A DNA stretch of 64,000 bases from Magallana gigas. Lineage: Eukaryota. The DNA is taken from assembly GCF_963853765.1 (NCBI RefSeq), contig NC_088861.1, positions 16,244,001 through 16,308,000 of the forward strand, in the 5' to 3' direction. This document shows positions 26,742-36,742 of the stretch, in pieces (position 1 is the first letter of the stretch; every line of letters starts with the position of its first letter). The notes beneath the pieces are model-generated. The model saw only the letters and a list, made by a program, of their open reading frames with translations. It ran no database searches and had not been told where the DNA came from. Made by a program: the position numbers and the translations under genes.

Positions 26742-29700
26742 GATGTTCTTCCTTCGTTGAAGCCCGAAGGAGGAACGTCCATAAAAAACCTACATTTGAA
26801 ATTAACTTTACAAACAACCCCAGTAGCTGTTTATTAAAAATTGGTAAAAATAAATTCAGAGCGTTAGTAGATACTGGCGCGGCCGTATCTTTGATTAGTA
26901 AAAAAATGTATGATAATTTGTTCCCCCGCCCCAGATTGTGTAAAAATGATATTCCTTGTCTTCAAGCTGCAAATGGTAATTCTTTAACTGCGTTAGGGTA
27001 TGTAAATATTTCATTTAAGATTGCAGGGTTAACTTTAGACCATAAACTTTTTGTGACAAAGGGACTCAACCGAAACCTGATTCTCGGTCGTGATTGGCTC
27101 AAGAAAAACAATGTCCGTTTATACTTTGATCTTGGACTCATGCGCATTGATGGCAGGGCTTATGCCGAATTAAAGGAGGATCTACACATTTCAACGATCG
27201 TAAGAACACCTAAGAAACTTATAGTGAAACCAAATACTGTGACTGTATTTTATGGAAAAGTGAACAAAAATTTCCCCCTTGAAGAAAAAGACTTAGTGGA
27301 AGTGAACAGTATAGACAATAATTGTATCATGGAGGACCCAGGACTATATTTAAAAGACTCAGTTTGTGTTATCCGAAGAGACAGAAAAATTCCCATGATC
27401 TTCGTTAATCAAACCAACAAAAGTTACAAAATCCCTAAAGGCTACATTGTAGGACGTGTTACCGCATTAAGACCAAAAGAAATCTCGGAAATCCAAACCC
27501 AACAGGACAATGAAGAAAAGATTGATGTGCCTGAAAGATTCGAACACTCCATCCAAAGACTTGTGAGGAAAAACAATGACTTATTTGCTAAAAGGGACAG
27601 CGACCTTGGAGTGACCGACACCGTCAAAATGAAGATAGAAACTGGAGACCATCACCCGATAAAGAACAGACCATATCGAGTTCCCCTCAATAAAAGACAG
27701 ATAATCGACAAGGCCATAAAGGAGATGATGAGCGCAAGGATTATTGAAAGATCACAGTCGCCTTGGTCATTTCCTCTGGTAGTAGTAAAGAAGAAGGACG
27801 GATCAGACCGGATGTGCGTAGACTTTCGAAGTTTAAACAAGATAGTGAGACCAGTATCATTCCCATTACCATTGATTGATGACATTCTTTGTTTGCTCGG
27901 TAAGGCCAGGTACTTCACTGCACTAGATTTAAAGAGTGGATATTGGCAGGTAAAATTAGAAGAATCAAGTAAAGAAAAAACAGCTTTTGCATGCCACAAG
28001 GGATTGTTTCAATTTAATAGGATGCCATTTGGATTAAGTAATGCCCCAGCAGTCTTCCAAGAACTCATGAACATCGTTCTACAAGGACAAGAGGAGTTTG
28101 CTATCGCATACCTGGACGATATACTCATATTCTCAGAAACACCGGAAGATCACCTCCATCATATCCAGGAAGTGTTTGATCGTCTAAGGACGCATGGACT
28201 AAAACTGAAGTTAAAGAAGTGTAGCTTCTTCAAAGAGCAGACTGAATATCTTGGTTTTATTATCAATGAACATGGCGTCAAACCGGATCCGAAGAAAGTG
28301 GAAGCCATTAAGAAATTACCAGCCCCCACTACAGTTAGGGAAGTCCGTGGTTTTATAGGTATGTGCAGTTATTATAGAAGATTTATACCAAACTTCTCAA
28401 AGATTGCGGAACCATTGATCGACTTAACCAGGAAGTATGCCAGATTCAAGTGGACATCATGCTGTCAAGAAGCGTTTGACTTCCTTAAAGAGAGTTTAAC
28501 AGTAGTGCCTTTATTAGCTTATCCAGATACTAATAAGCCATACATCTTGTATACCGATGCCAGCGACAATTGTATAGGAGCTTGCCTCACCCAAAAGACT
28601 GACGAAGGAGAAGATAAGCCGATATACTATCTATCCCACAAGCTGAGTAAAACCCAGGTGAAATGGTCAACCATAGAAAAGGAGGCATTTGCAATCCACT
28701 ATGCCCTCCAGAAGCTGGACCATTACCTTCACAGTGCTGAGTTTACTATACGGACAGATCACAAACCGCTCAAATATATTTTAGAATCCCCTATGCAAAA
28801 TAAAAAGATTCAATTATGGGCTTTGAGTATCGCTGGATATAACTGCAAGGTAGAGTACATAGAAGGAAGGTTCAATTGCTGTGCAGATCTTTTATCCAGG
28901 TTACCGTCCACTATCTCTGATGATGAAGCGGAAGAAAAATCTGAATGTGATGAACCGGATGTTAAAGACAATTTCTTTGAAGTAAACGTACTAAACTCAA
29001 ATGCTTTCTCACCCAAAAGATTAGCCAGGTGCGAAGTTAAACAGCAGGACGAATTGCTCAAGCCTTTCATCGACTTACCGGAAGAAATAAACATAAAGGA
29101 GAGCCAACAAAATGATGAGCAGATCAAAAAGCTGAGAAATAGGTTGAGTAAAGGAAAAGCAACGGCGACCGAAGAAAAGAAGTTTCTTGAAATAGATGGC
29201 CTAATGTACTATCTTTCGGATGGAGATTCTGAAGGTCCGAGACTGCGCCTGTATATACCACGTGAGTTAGAACTTTTGGTAGTACAACAATACCATGATG
29301 GACTTGGACACATGGGAGTGGACAAAACGTATGATGTAATCAGACAAAAATATTATATGCCAAACTTATACAAGAGGTTATACTCTTATATAGAAGGATG
29401 CGTAATATGCCAAACGAGGAGCAATAAGAGAACTCAACCTTCACTTCAAGAGACAGACATACCACCTTTTCCAATGGCTAAGGTAGGACTTGATTTGTCA
29501 GGGCCATATCCAACTTCACTGACAGGAAACAAGTATATAGTTTCTTTCATTGACATTTACTCTGGATGGCCGGAAGCCTTCCCCGTTCCTGACAAGTCAG
29601 CTGACAATATAGTGCACCTTATATTAGAAGAAATATACCCCAGATATGGCTGTCCTCTTCAAATTCTCACAGACAATGGAACAGAGAATGTAAATCAAAA

Positions 29701-30835
29701 GGTACAAGAAACCTTGAAAGAACTAAACATTAACCACATCACAACCTCTTACTACAGTCCTCAAGGCAATGGCAAGGTAGAGAGATTCCACCGCACTCTT
29801 CATGACGTAATGGCTAAGAAGATAACAGACAATGCTCAAACATGGGATATTCATCTTAACCAAACATTGGCAGCTATTCGATTTCACCCGAATGAATCTT
29901 CAAAGTTTTCCCCATACTACCTGATGTACAATAGAGACGTTGTATTACCTCTTGATACTTTACTGAAACCTCGTCGAAGATATGCAGGAGAAGATCAACA
30001 TAAAATCGCCCTTCAAGAACAGCACAAGGCGTTTATGCTAGTACATCGAAATATGAAAGAAGCCAAGAAGAAACAGAAAGCCCAGGCTGATAAGAAGAGC
30101 AAAGATGAAGATTTCCAGGTAGGAGACCCAGTCTATCTCAAGAACAACAGGAGACAAAACAAACTAGATAAAAAGTGGCTCCCCTATTACCGAATTATTG
30201 AACAGAAAGGACCAGTCAGTTTTGTGGTGAAGGATCAATTAACTGGATCTATCACCAAGTGCCATGCACGGCAATTGAGATTGGCAGATATTTCGCACTG
30301 GCCCCTCTCACAAGATATTGAAGAAGGTGGAAGAACTCTGAGAAAAACCAATTATGTGGTACCACCTGAGGAGGAATCATCTTCGGAAGATGATGGCGAG
30401 TTGCAGCCAGAGCCATTAGAAAGAGCTATTCGGTTTAAACAACAAGAGAGAGAAAATTCTTCAGACGAAGAAGATATACCCTTAGCTGAACTTCAGAGAC
30501 GCATAAGAGCTAAACAGATCATGGATTGTCGACCGAGTAAGGACGAGCATGAACAGACTGTTGAGTCGGAATCGGATGAGAACCCTGAGTCAGAACAAAG
30601 TGAATATCATGATCAAAATTATGAGATACCTTTAAATACCCCAGCTTTACCCTTAGACGAGGATATGGAAATTGGTGAAATAAATTCTAAAGTAGGTCTA
30701 GGCTTCACCCGTAAACCACTTCCCAAACCGCGTAAACCAGTCCCCAAACCTCGTAAGAATATAGCTGTTAGTAAACAACAGCACGTAGAAAATTGTTTTG
30801 CTATCATGGCTGAAGCGTTTAAAGCAATTGTATAA
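26723..30835 (+). CDS. pol: Pol (protease-RT-RNase H-integrase), in the -1 frame relative to gag
   Basis: Frame open from 26723 after TAA at 26720-26722. LVDTGAAVS protease (~26864-26890), YLDD RT (28109-28120), LYTDAS RNase H, GHMG..C..C, TDNGTE and NGKVERFHRTL integrase, GPVSF motif; no internal stop. Confidence 0.95.
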   Translation, partial: TKSGKLRCSSFVEARRRNVHKKPTFEINFTNNPSSCLLKIGKNKFRALVDTGAAVSLISKKMYDNLFPRPRLCKNDIPCLQAANGNSLTALGYVNISFKIAGLTLDHKLFVTKGLNRNLILGRDWLKKNNVRLYFDLGLMRIDGRAYAELKEDLHISTIVRTPKKLIVKPNTVTVFYGKVNKNFPLEEKDLVEVNSIDNNCIMEDPGLYLKDSVCVIRRDRKIPMIFVNQTNKSYKIPKGYIVGRVTALRPKEISEIQTQQDNEEKIDVPERFEHSIQRLVRKNNDLFAKRDSDLGVTDTVKMKIETGDHHPIKNRPYRVPLNKRQIIDKAIKEMMSARIIERSQSPWSFPLVVVKKKDGSDRMCVDFRSLNKIVRPVSFPLPLIDDILCLLGKARYFTALDLKSGYWQVKLEESSKEKTAFACHKGLFQFNRMPFGLSNAPAVFQELMNIVLQGQEEFAIAYLDDILIFSETPEDHLHHIQEVFDRLRTHGLKLKLKKCSFFKEQTEYLGFIINEHGVKPDPKKVEAIKKLPAPTTVREVRGFIGMCSYYRRFIPNFSKIAEPLIDLTRKYARFKWTSCCQEAFDFLKESLTVVPLLAYPDTNKPYILYTDASDNCIGACLTQKTDEGEDKPIYYLSHKLSKTQVKWSTIEKEAFAIHYALQKLDHYLHSAEFTIRTDHKPLKYILESPMQNKKIQLWALSIAGYNCKVEYIEGRFNCCADLLSRLPSTISDDEAEEKSECDEPDVKDNFFEVNVLNSNAFSPKRLARCEVKQQDELLKPFIDLPEEINIKESQQNDEQIKKLRNRLSKGKATATEEKKFLEIDGLMYYLSDGDSEGPRLRLYIPRELELLVVQQYHDGLGHMGVDKTYDVIRQKYYMPNLYKRLYSYIEGCVICQTRSNKRTQPSLQETDIPPFPMAKVGLDLSGPYPTSLTGNKYIVSFIDIYSGWPEAFPVPDKSADNIVHLILEEIYPRYGCPLQILTDNGTENVNQKVQETLKELNINHITTSYYSPQGNGKVERFHRTLHDVMAKKITDNAQTWDIHLNQTLAAIRFHPNESSKFSPYYLMYNRDVVLPLDTLLKPRRRYAGEDQHKIALQEQHKAFMLVHRNMKEAKKKQKAQADKKSKDEDFQVGDPVYLKNNRRQNKLDKKWLPYYRIIEQKGPVSFVVKDQLTGSITKCHARQLRLADISHWPLSQDIEEGGRTLRKTNYVVPPEEESSSEDDGELQPEPLERAIRFKQQERENSSDEEDIPLAELQRRIRAKQIMDCRPSKDEHEQTVESESDENPESEQSEYHDQNYEIPLNTPALPLDEDMEIGEINSKVGLGFTRKPLPKPRKPVPKPRKNIAVSKQQHVENCFAIMAEAFKAIV
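26732..26779 (+). promoter_or_regulatory. -1 programmed ribosomal frameshift signal
   Basis: G_GAA_AAC heptamer (26732-26738) just before the gag TAA, followed by a 15-bp stem 26742-26756/26765-26779 (two G-U pairs) with an 8-nt loop. Confidence 0.8.
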
Positions 30836-30857
30836 CGTGTTGTAAATGTAAATAATA

Positions 30858-31797
30858 ATGAGTAAACTTGCTTTGTATATATTGCTCGCTTTTGGAATAG
30901 GTACGATAGTGTGTCACCCCTTTGACATTTTGACTGATAATGAAATACCGCGGACGTAATACGTTTGAAATATCGGAACCCGCGATTATGTAAAGAAACC
31001 GTAAAACCGTGTCGTTGTAAGAAATTTAAAATTACTGGTAAAATAATAAATGTTAGGATAAACATCTTGAGTTTGGACGAGGATGTTCTGGTCTTCTTGG
31101 TTCATTATTACTTCCTCCTTACTATAATCGAGAAAGTCAATTTAATATGTCGGACTCCTTTCAAAATTTTATTGATGGCATAAACACATACACACTTTGG
31201 GACCCCCTTAACATCAAATTTCCGGGGATGGGACACATTAAGATCCCCGATAAATTAAAGGATATTAAAGTTTTCCCTATGGACACACTAATGGCGGAAT
31301 TGCCAGTAAGCAATGAACTACAACCTATGGAATCATTACCTTGGGTGGGAAGTCTTTGGTTTTATGTATTTTTGATTTTGGCAATAATAATTGTATTCGG
31401 AATTTGTATCCTGAAACGTAAAACTATCAAAAAGTTAGGATATAAGTGCCGTGGTTGCTGGTCGGGTGGTCGAAAAAGGGGTGGTGACAGGGATGAGGAA
31501 AGTTCTGGCAGAAATGTTTTGTCTGGTGTTAATCCTGATCAACGAAATTCCCAAGAGACTATTGAAATGAACCCCATAGTAAAGGACACTACAACCCCAA
31601 AGAGACCTCGCCGTTATGGAAAACCACGACGATCAATTACAGACGCTCACGCTATTGGACCACTCACTGAAGAATTAGCATACCAGTTGACCGGAGAGAA
31701 TAGGAACTCCGATTATCCGAGGCCTGAACGCTATGGACCGGACCCGGACTTGGCACGCGAATACCTTGCAGAAAGGGCATTGATGTCTAAGAAATAG
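30858..31797 (+). pseudogene. env: env-like ORF3, internally deleted or frame-disrupted: signal-peptide piece (30858-30959) plus stem-TM-tail piece (frame open 31057-31797)
   Basis: MSKLALYILLAFGIGTIVC signal-like peptide right after the pol stop; downstream GCSGLLGSLLLPPYYNRES...IKVFPMD...WFYVFLILAIIIVFGICIL TM and ~130-aa tail; canonical env position between pol and the 3' LTR. Confidence 0.7.
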
Positions 31798-32540
31798 AGG
31801 AACGCAGTCGATGTTCCGCGAGGAGCAAACTCGCCATCCGCGCAGGAAGTGCCGTTGGTGTGCTTATGAAAATTGTGTATTCAATATGTTCAAATTTGTG
31901 AAAAATGTAAAATGTTTTTGAAATAATTATGTAATGTTATATTTGAAATCAAATGTGGTGAGCTGAGAACTGCGAATGGAATTCTTCGAATCCGAATTAC
32001 ACAACGTTTTCTTGATTATCGTTCCGATTATTCGAAAAGGATGCAATTGTGTGAAACCGATAACTTTAGTGTAACTTTTATGTACGCTGGACTGTGTAAC
32101 CTTTATATATGCTTATGTATTTTATTATAATTCTAGCGGCGCTTATGCTTGAATTAACATTTTATAATGGACTTTATATGTTACCTGTGTGGAACGTTGG
32201 ACATTGGACAATTCTGATTGCATTTAATTGCGATTATATTTGATTTTGATTATTTTGTATTGATTAATATTGTTGTCAAAAGTATATATGATTATTACTG
32301 ACTTTTGCATGAATTGCTAAACAATTATATATTGTCATGAGTGAAGTATACATGTTTGTTGACAGACTATTATTGTGTCTTAAGCCGGTATAGGAAATTG
32401 GTCACTTCATTCAACCTCTTAACATAGATGTTCTGACCGGTGTGTCACCAGGAAGTTCATCTGACATAGAAGAGTTTGAAGGATAATTTCTCACACCGGG
32501 CACCTGGCGAAAGAAATCTCCCTCGGGGATATTTCTTTTG

Positions 32541-32553
32541 TTAGGGGGACGTA
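32541..32553 (+). promoter_or_regulatory. Polypurine tract
   Basis: TTAGGGGGACGTA directly 5' of the 3' LTR. Confidence 0.75.
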
Positions 32554-33067
32554 TGTAACCAGATAGCCGTATATATATGAAATATAATTTTATGATTGTA
32601 TTCTACTTTACGTTAATTAGTCATTAGCTTGTTGTGCACTCGATACGAAATAAGTGTATAGTGAACAATGTTAAAGGTCATTGACCGAGAGGGACAACTG
32701 CGTAGTTAGAACTCGTGGTGTTAGCGGAATGACCAGGAAGAATAAAACTCTCGATGATGATTGGACTTTGGAAAGCGGTCAACGGATGCAAGACTCTTAA
32801 TTGTAATTCACCTTTAACAATGGACTTCGTTATAAGTCACTTATGAACTGTGACCCGAAAGGATGTTCTAACAATTGATTATTTTATTTTACTGATTTAT
32901 ATACTTATGATTTGATTAATAATTAGTAGATGGATTTTGGATTGATAGCAGATTGATTATATATTGCTTTTATACCACTATACGATTACAGTGCTTAATA
33001 AATATCATAAAACTCCAACTGACTTATGATTTCAAAAGTTCTAAAGAATAACAACAGAAGGATCACA
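32554..33067 (+). repeat. 3' LTR (514 bp)
   Basis: Copy of 24770-25282 plus one T; followed by the TCCG TSD. Confidence 0.97.
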
Positions 33068-34859
33068 TCCGCATTTGAAATGCATCTAAAGTATTTCTGC
33101 ATGTACTTTTAATGCGTGGCTGTACAGCACAAATATTCATCATATTGTTTCACGACAAGGAACCTTAAATTCAATTCCTTCTAGAATCACATTTGGTGCC
33201 ATAATTAAATCCAAAACAAGTACTTTGTAAAAATATCTAGCGGCGTATTTCACTTCAATATACGTGTAGTACAATTAACATTTCAACAGCATGCTGTATA
33301 AACCACCATAATAATATTAGTATGACATTGTAGGTCACGTCTTCACGGAAACATCATTCCTCCTTTAAACTCAAAACATGCATCTCTAAATGGTGCACTC
33401 GATATAGCTTAAGTGGGTGAACGCCAATGTCAACGTTGTAAACATTCTGTATTGTATATCAAATACATTTAACTGATGGAGTATAGAGAAATAAACTATA
33501 AATAAAGCGGACAATAATGCCGTTAAAGCAGCGGATCTTATGTTCAGCGATGATCCGTGGTTTTTAAAAACAAATACGGAATGCTTGCTGAAGTTTATGA
33601 AATTTTTGTTTTCATGTTATTATGAAATCTCCCCTCGCGCCGAAGCAGTGGGTCATTGATAAACTATTCCTAACTAATTCTGAATTTGTAGAAATACACA
33701 GGAAAACATATTAATATTTCTAGCTTAAGGAATAAAAAAAGGATACTAAAAATAACTTATTATAACATTTATCGCCTTCATTAAAAGAAAACTGGGAAGT
33801 GAGTTTTTCTTCGTTACAGTTTTAAAAAATCAATACATTTACGTTAGGTTATTGGTTGATAATTTAAAAATTGACAATAAATTGTTTAACACTGAAGAAC
33901 ACGCCGACGAAACCCCCGGGGCCCAAGGAGATTCAAACTCCGACCGCAGTGTGGGACTACAACCAGTGCGGTGATGGAGGACGACCTGCGGCTAAGTGGT
34001 TCCAAAACGGATCCACCCCCACCAAATAGGAGAATGCAGGTGAGCAGATGAAGATATCAAATTCCTCTCGTAAAACACATGCGAACTAAATTAGAGACTA
34101 CAATACCAGGAATATACTGACTTTCTCTCAGGTTTTGATATCATGCGTCTTGTTGAATTCGAAACAATGACCGATAGGACGTCATACACGTCTTTGGTTA
34201 ATTTTGCCTTTCTAAAGAACAGAACAAACTATCCACAATTCGTTCAGGTGGCATCGGACTTAAGACAGTCGAGAGTTGGGCTATGGGCGTAACTTATTTG
34301 TTTACGCTCTTTTGATAAATATTACGTATTTTCATCACCCACTCTTAACCTCTTTTTCAAGCTTCTCGGATACAACCTATTAAGGATCGTCCAAAGAAGT
34401 AAATATTATCTCCAAAGTAAAGGGAAAACACTTATACATGTACATACAAACCATCAAAGACAAATTGAAAACAGTTACTTTAAGTGTGATTGTGTTAATT
34501 GACTGAATTGTGTAAAGTTAGTTTGAGTTCCGCCGTGGTGATTCCCGGACGTCGCTTAACTCTTGACAGTTTTGAGTAACAAAACTAGTGTGAACAGTAC
34601 GAGTATATATTGTAAGAAAGCGAGAATATTTTCATTGCTTCTGTTTTTAATTTGGACATTCAAGGAAATAAAAGGTTTCAACATTATTTTTGTGTTCCTT
34701 TAATATTACGCTAAAGTCAGGTTGTGAGAATTGGTTGAGAATTTTTAAGAATTGGCCCGGAGTATTGCATTTCCTATGTAATACCTAGATCCCAGTACCT
34801 CGTGTCTATCATTGTGTAAGCAGTAAATTCCTCCAATGTCGCGCACATTATCCGGCATA

Positions 34860-35660
34860 GCCTGCTACCTTTGAGAGTTATTCTACAAAGGATGCAAGAC
34901 CAAGTGTAAAGCTATGAGTATGCACTGTTTCACCTGCCAGAAAATCGGCCATCTTTCAACGCAGTGCAGGAGTTCTTGTGTCAGAACAGTGAACGTAATG
35001 GTTGTCAAAAGGAAATCAACATATCAACAATCAACAATCATAGGAAGAAAAGCGTGGCCAAAAGCAATTGGCCATGTTCATGGCTCGACATGAGATCACC
35101 ATCGAATTCCTATTTTGTAAAGTTTCTGACGCAGAACTATTTTTTTTTCTTGAAGGTCTAGATCTCAAGACCAACATTTCAAGAGCAGAAAAAGGAAACT
35201 ACTGTTGCAAGGAAGATTTTAGCACTAAATGAATAGATAATAAGCAGCAGAAAAATCATGTAATATTTGAACAAAACCTCTAAGCGTCCTGGAAAAAGAA
35301 CTAAGAAAACATGACTTGATAACAAACACAAGTTCCGACTCTGAAAGAAAAGCTTAAAGACGCCAGGCCAAAAGATAAGACCATTGAAAAGAAACTCTCA
35401 AGAAAAGAAGTCGACATTTTTAAACTGCGAACTAAGATATCATCGCTCTTGTGTCGTCCGAGGACCAAGAAAGGACGAATAAACATGCTTAGATTTGCGT
35501 TCCCTTTTGTACCACTTCCTATTCGGAAAAGGAGTGGGGGGACCAACACAGAAACTCTTCTTTTCACTGAGGCATCATCTCAAACAGAGACAAAGGACAA
35601 CGAACACAGAACCACCACACTCGATCATCTGCAAATAAACAATGCCTTGCACGTGTAAAC
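34860..35660 (+). pseudogene. Decayed retroelement Gag/ORF1-like fragment with CCHC knuckle
   Basis: CFTCQKIGHLSTQC at 34926-34967, preceded by a stop-interrupted CYL*ELFYKGCKTKCKA; Lys/Glu-rich broken frames downstream; boundaries approximate. Confidence 0.5.
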
Positions 35661-35795
35661 GTATCAAAATAGTCATACGCATCCAAGTCATACATATCGT
35701 AGAAATATCCGCGCCCCAGTCCACATACAAGTTCAAAAACCACTTTAAAAAACGACGCTACGTGCCTGAACCAGGGATTATGTGTTTTTTTTAAC

Positions 35796-36007
35796 AGTGA
35801 CCTTCAACTTGCCCAAATGACCTTCGGCCAGAATCATGACACATCCTCAGGTTATGAGCAATCTTTGTGAAAAGTAAGAACTTCAATGTTTTTCCATAAG
35901 ATGTCCGGACTGGGCACGATTGCACAGACAGAACAGACGGACAAACGGACAGACGTACATTGTGATTCCTATATTCCTTCCAAAACTTTGTTTGCAGGGT
36001 TGCAAAA
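35796..36007 (+). mobile_element. 3' remnant of non-autonomous Helentron/HINE-like element
   Basis: GTGACCTT motif, (GACG/GACA) microsatellite at ~35925-35955, then GTGATTCCTATA..CCAAAACTTTGTTTGCAGGG end motif typical of bivalve elements. Confidence 0.6.
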
Positions 36008-36742
36008 ATCAGAGATTAATGATAAAGAATCATATACATGTATAATGAACATGACTTAGTTTTTTTCCATAATATACATATTATTCACAATAGATAGATA
36101 CCGCAACAGCGTTCCATAGTCCATAAATAAACGACATTGGATGCACAGTGGGTTTTAAATCTCAATTTTCAATTGTAAGTAAGAATAACTATATTTATCA
36201 TTATCAAAAGAATAATATACATGATAAACTCATTAAAACAGTGCGTTGTATAGATAAAAGAATATTTCAAATCAATTATTTGTACCTTACTTTCGATTTG
36301 AATGTTTTAAATAGACACCATGTTATGAACCTATATACAGCGTTTTTCAACAATGCCAATTTTTTAACAATTAAGTCCACATACTCATTTTTTTTCAATT
36401 TTGAGTCATAGACATAATAAAAAATTCTGTTGGGTAAATGTCACAGCTTAACTCAGCTATTGTTGGAACTGATTTTATTTGGGCAGTGGTTTTGATGAAA
36501 AAAAAAGTACAAGTGATCATACCGACATGAACCAACATTGTACATGTTTTAAAAAGAATTCGAAATGCTTACTATAAAGAATTTTTAGCTCCAGCTAGCT
36601 AAAAGGTTGATCATTTTAAAATTACTCATTGTCTGCTCTGTATTTCATAAAATTATGTTAAAGATTTACAAAATGTATCTCATGATGTACATTTTTATTG
36701 GTTTTGTAGGCAATGTGCTTTATTGGCATTGTTTGAAAACAG

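Larger units (their letters stand above)
24770..33067 (+). mobile_element. Full-length Ty3/Gypsy LTR retrotransposon (8298 bp) with env-like remnant
   Basis: TG...CA LTRs, TCCG TSD (24766-24769 and 33068-33071), PBS, PPT, gag, PR-RT-RH-IN pol, third ORF. Confidence 0.97.

Noticed and set aside
30340-30835. Chromodomain at the integrase C-terminus
   Set aside because: No aromatic-cage or Y.VKW-type pattern; the region is acidic and low-complexity.
25805-31065. Antisense ORFs within the retrotransposon (e.g. 27652-27999, 28810-29127, 30619-31065)
   Set aside because: No motifs; expected by-products of long sense ORFs.
24770-33067. Identity with the bivalve Steamer element or a Gmr1-type element
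   Set aside because: Steamer is known as a single gag-pol ORF with short LTRs, and Gmr1 places integrase before RT. Here gag and pol are frameshifted, LTRs are 513 bp and the order is PR-RT-RH-IN.
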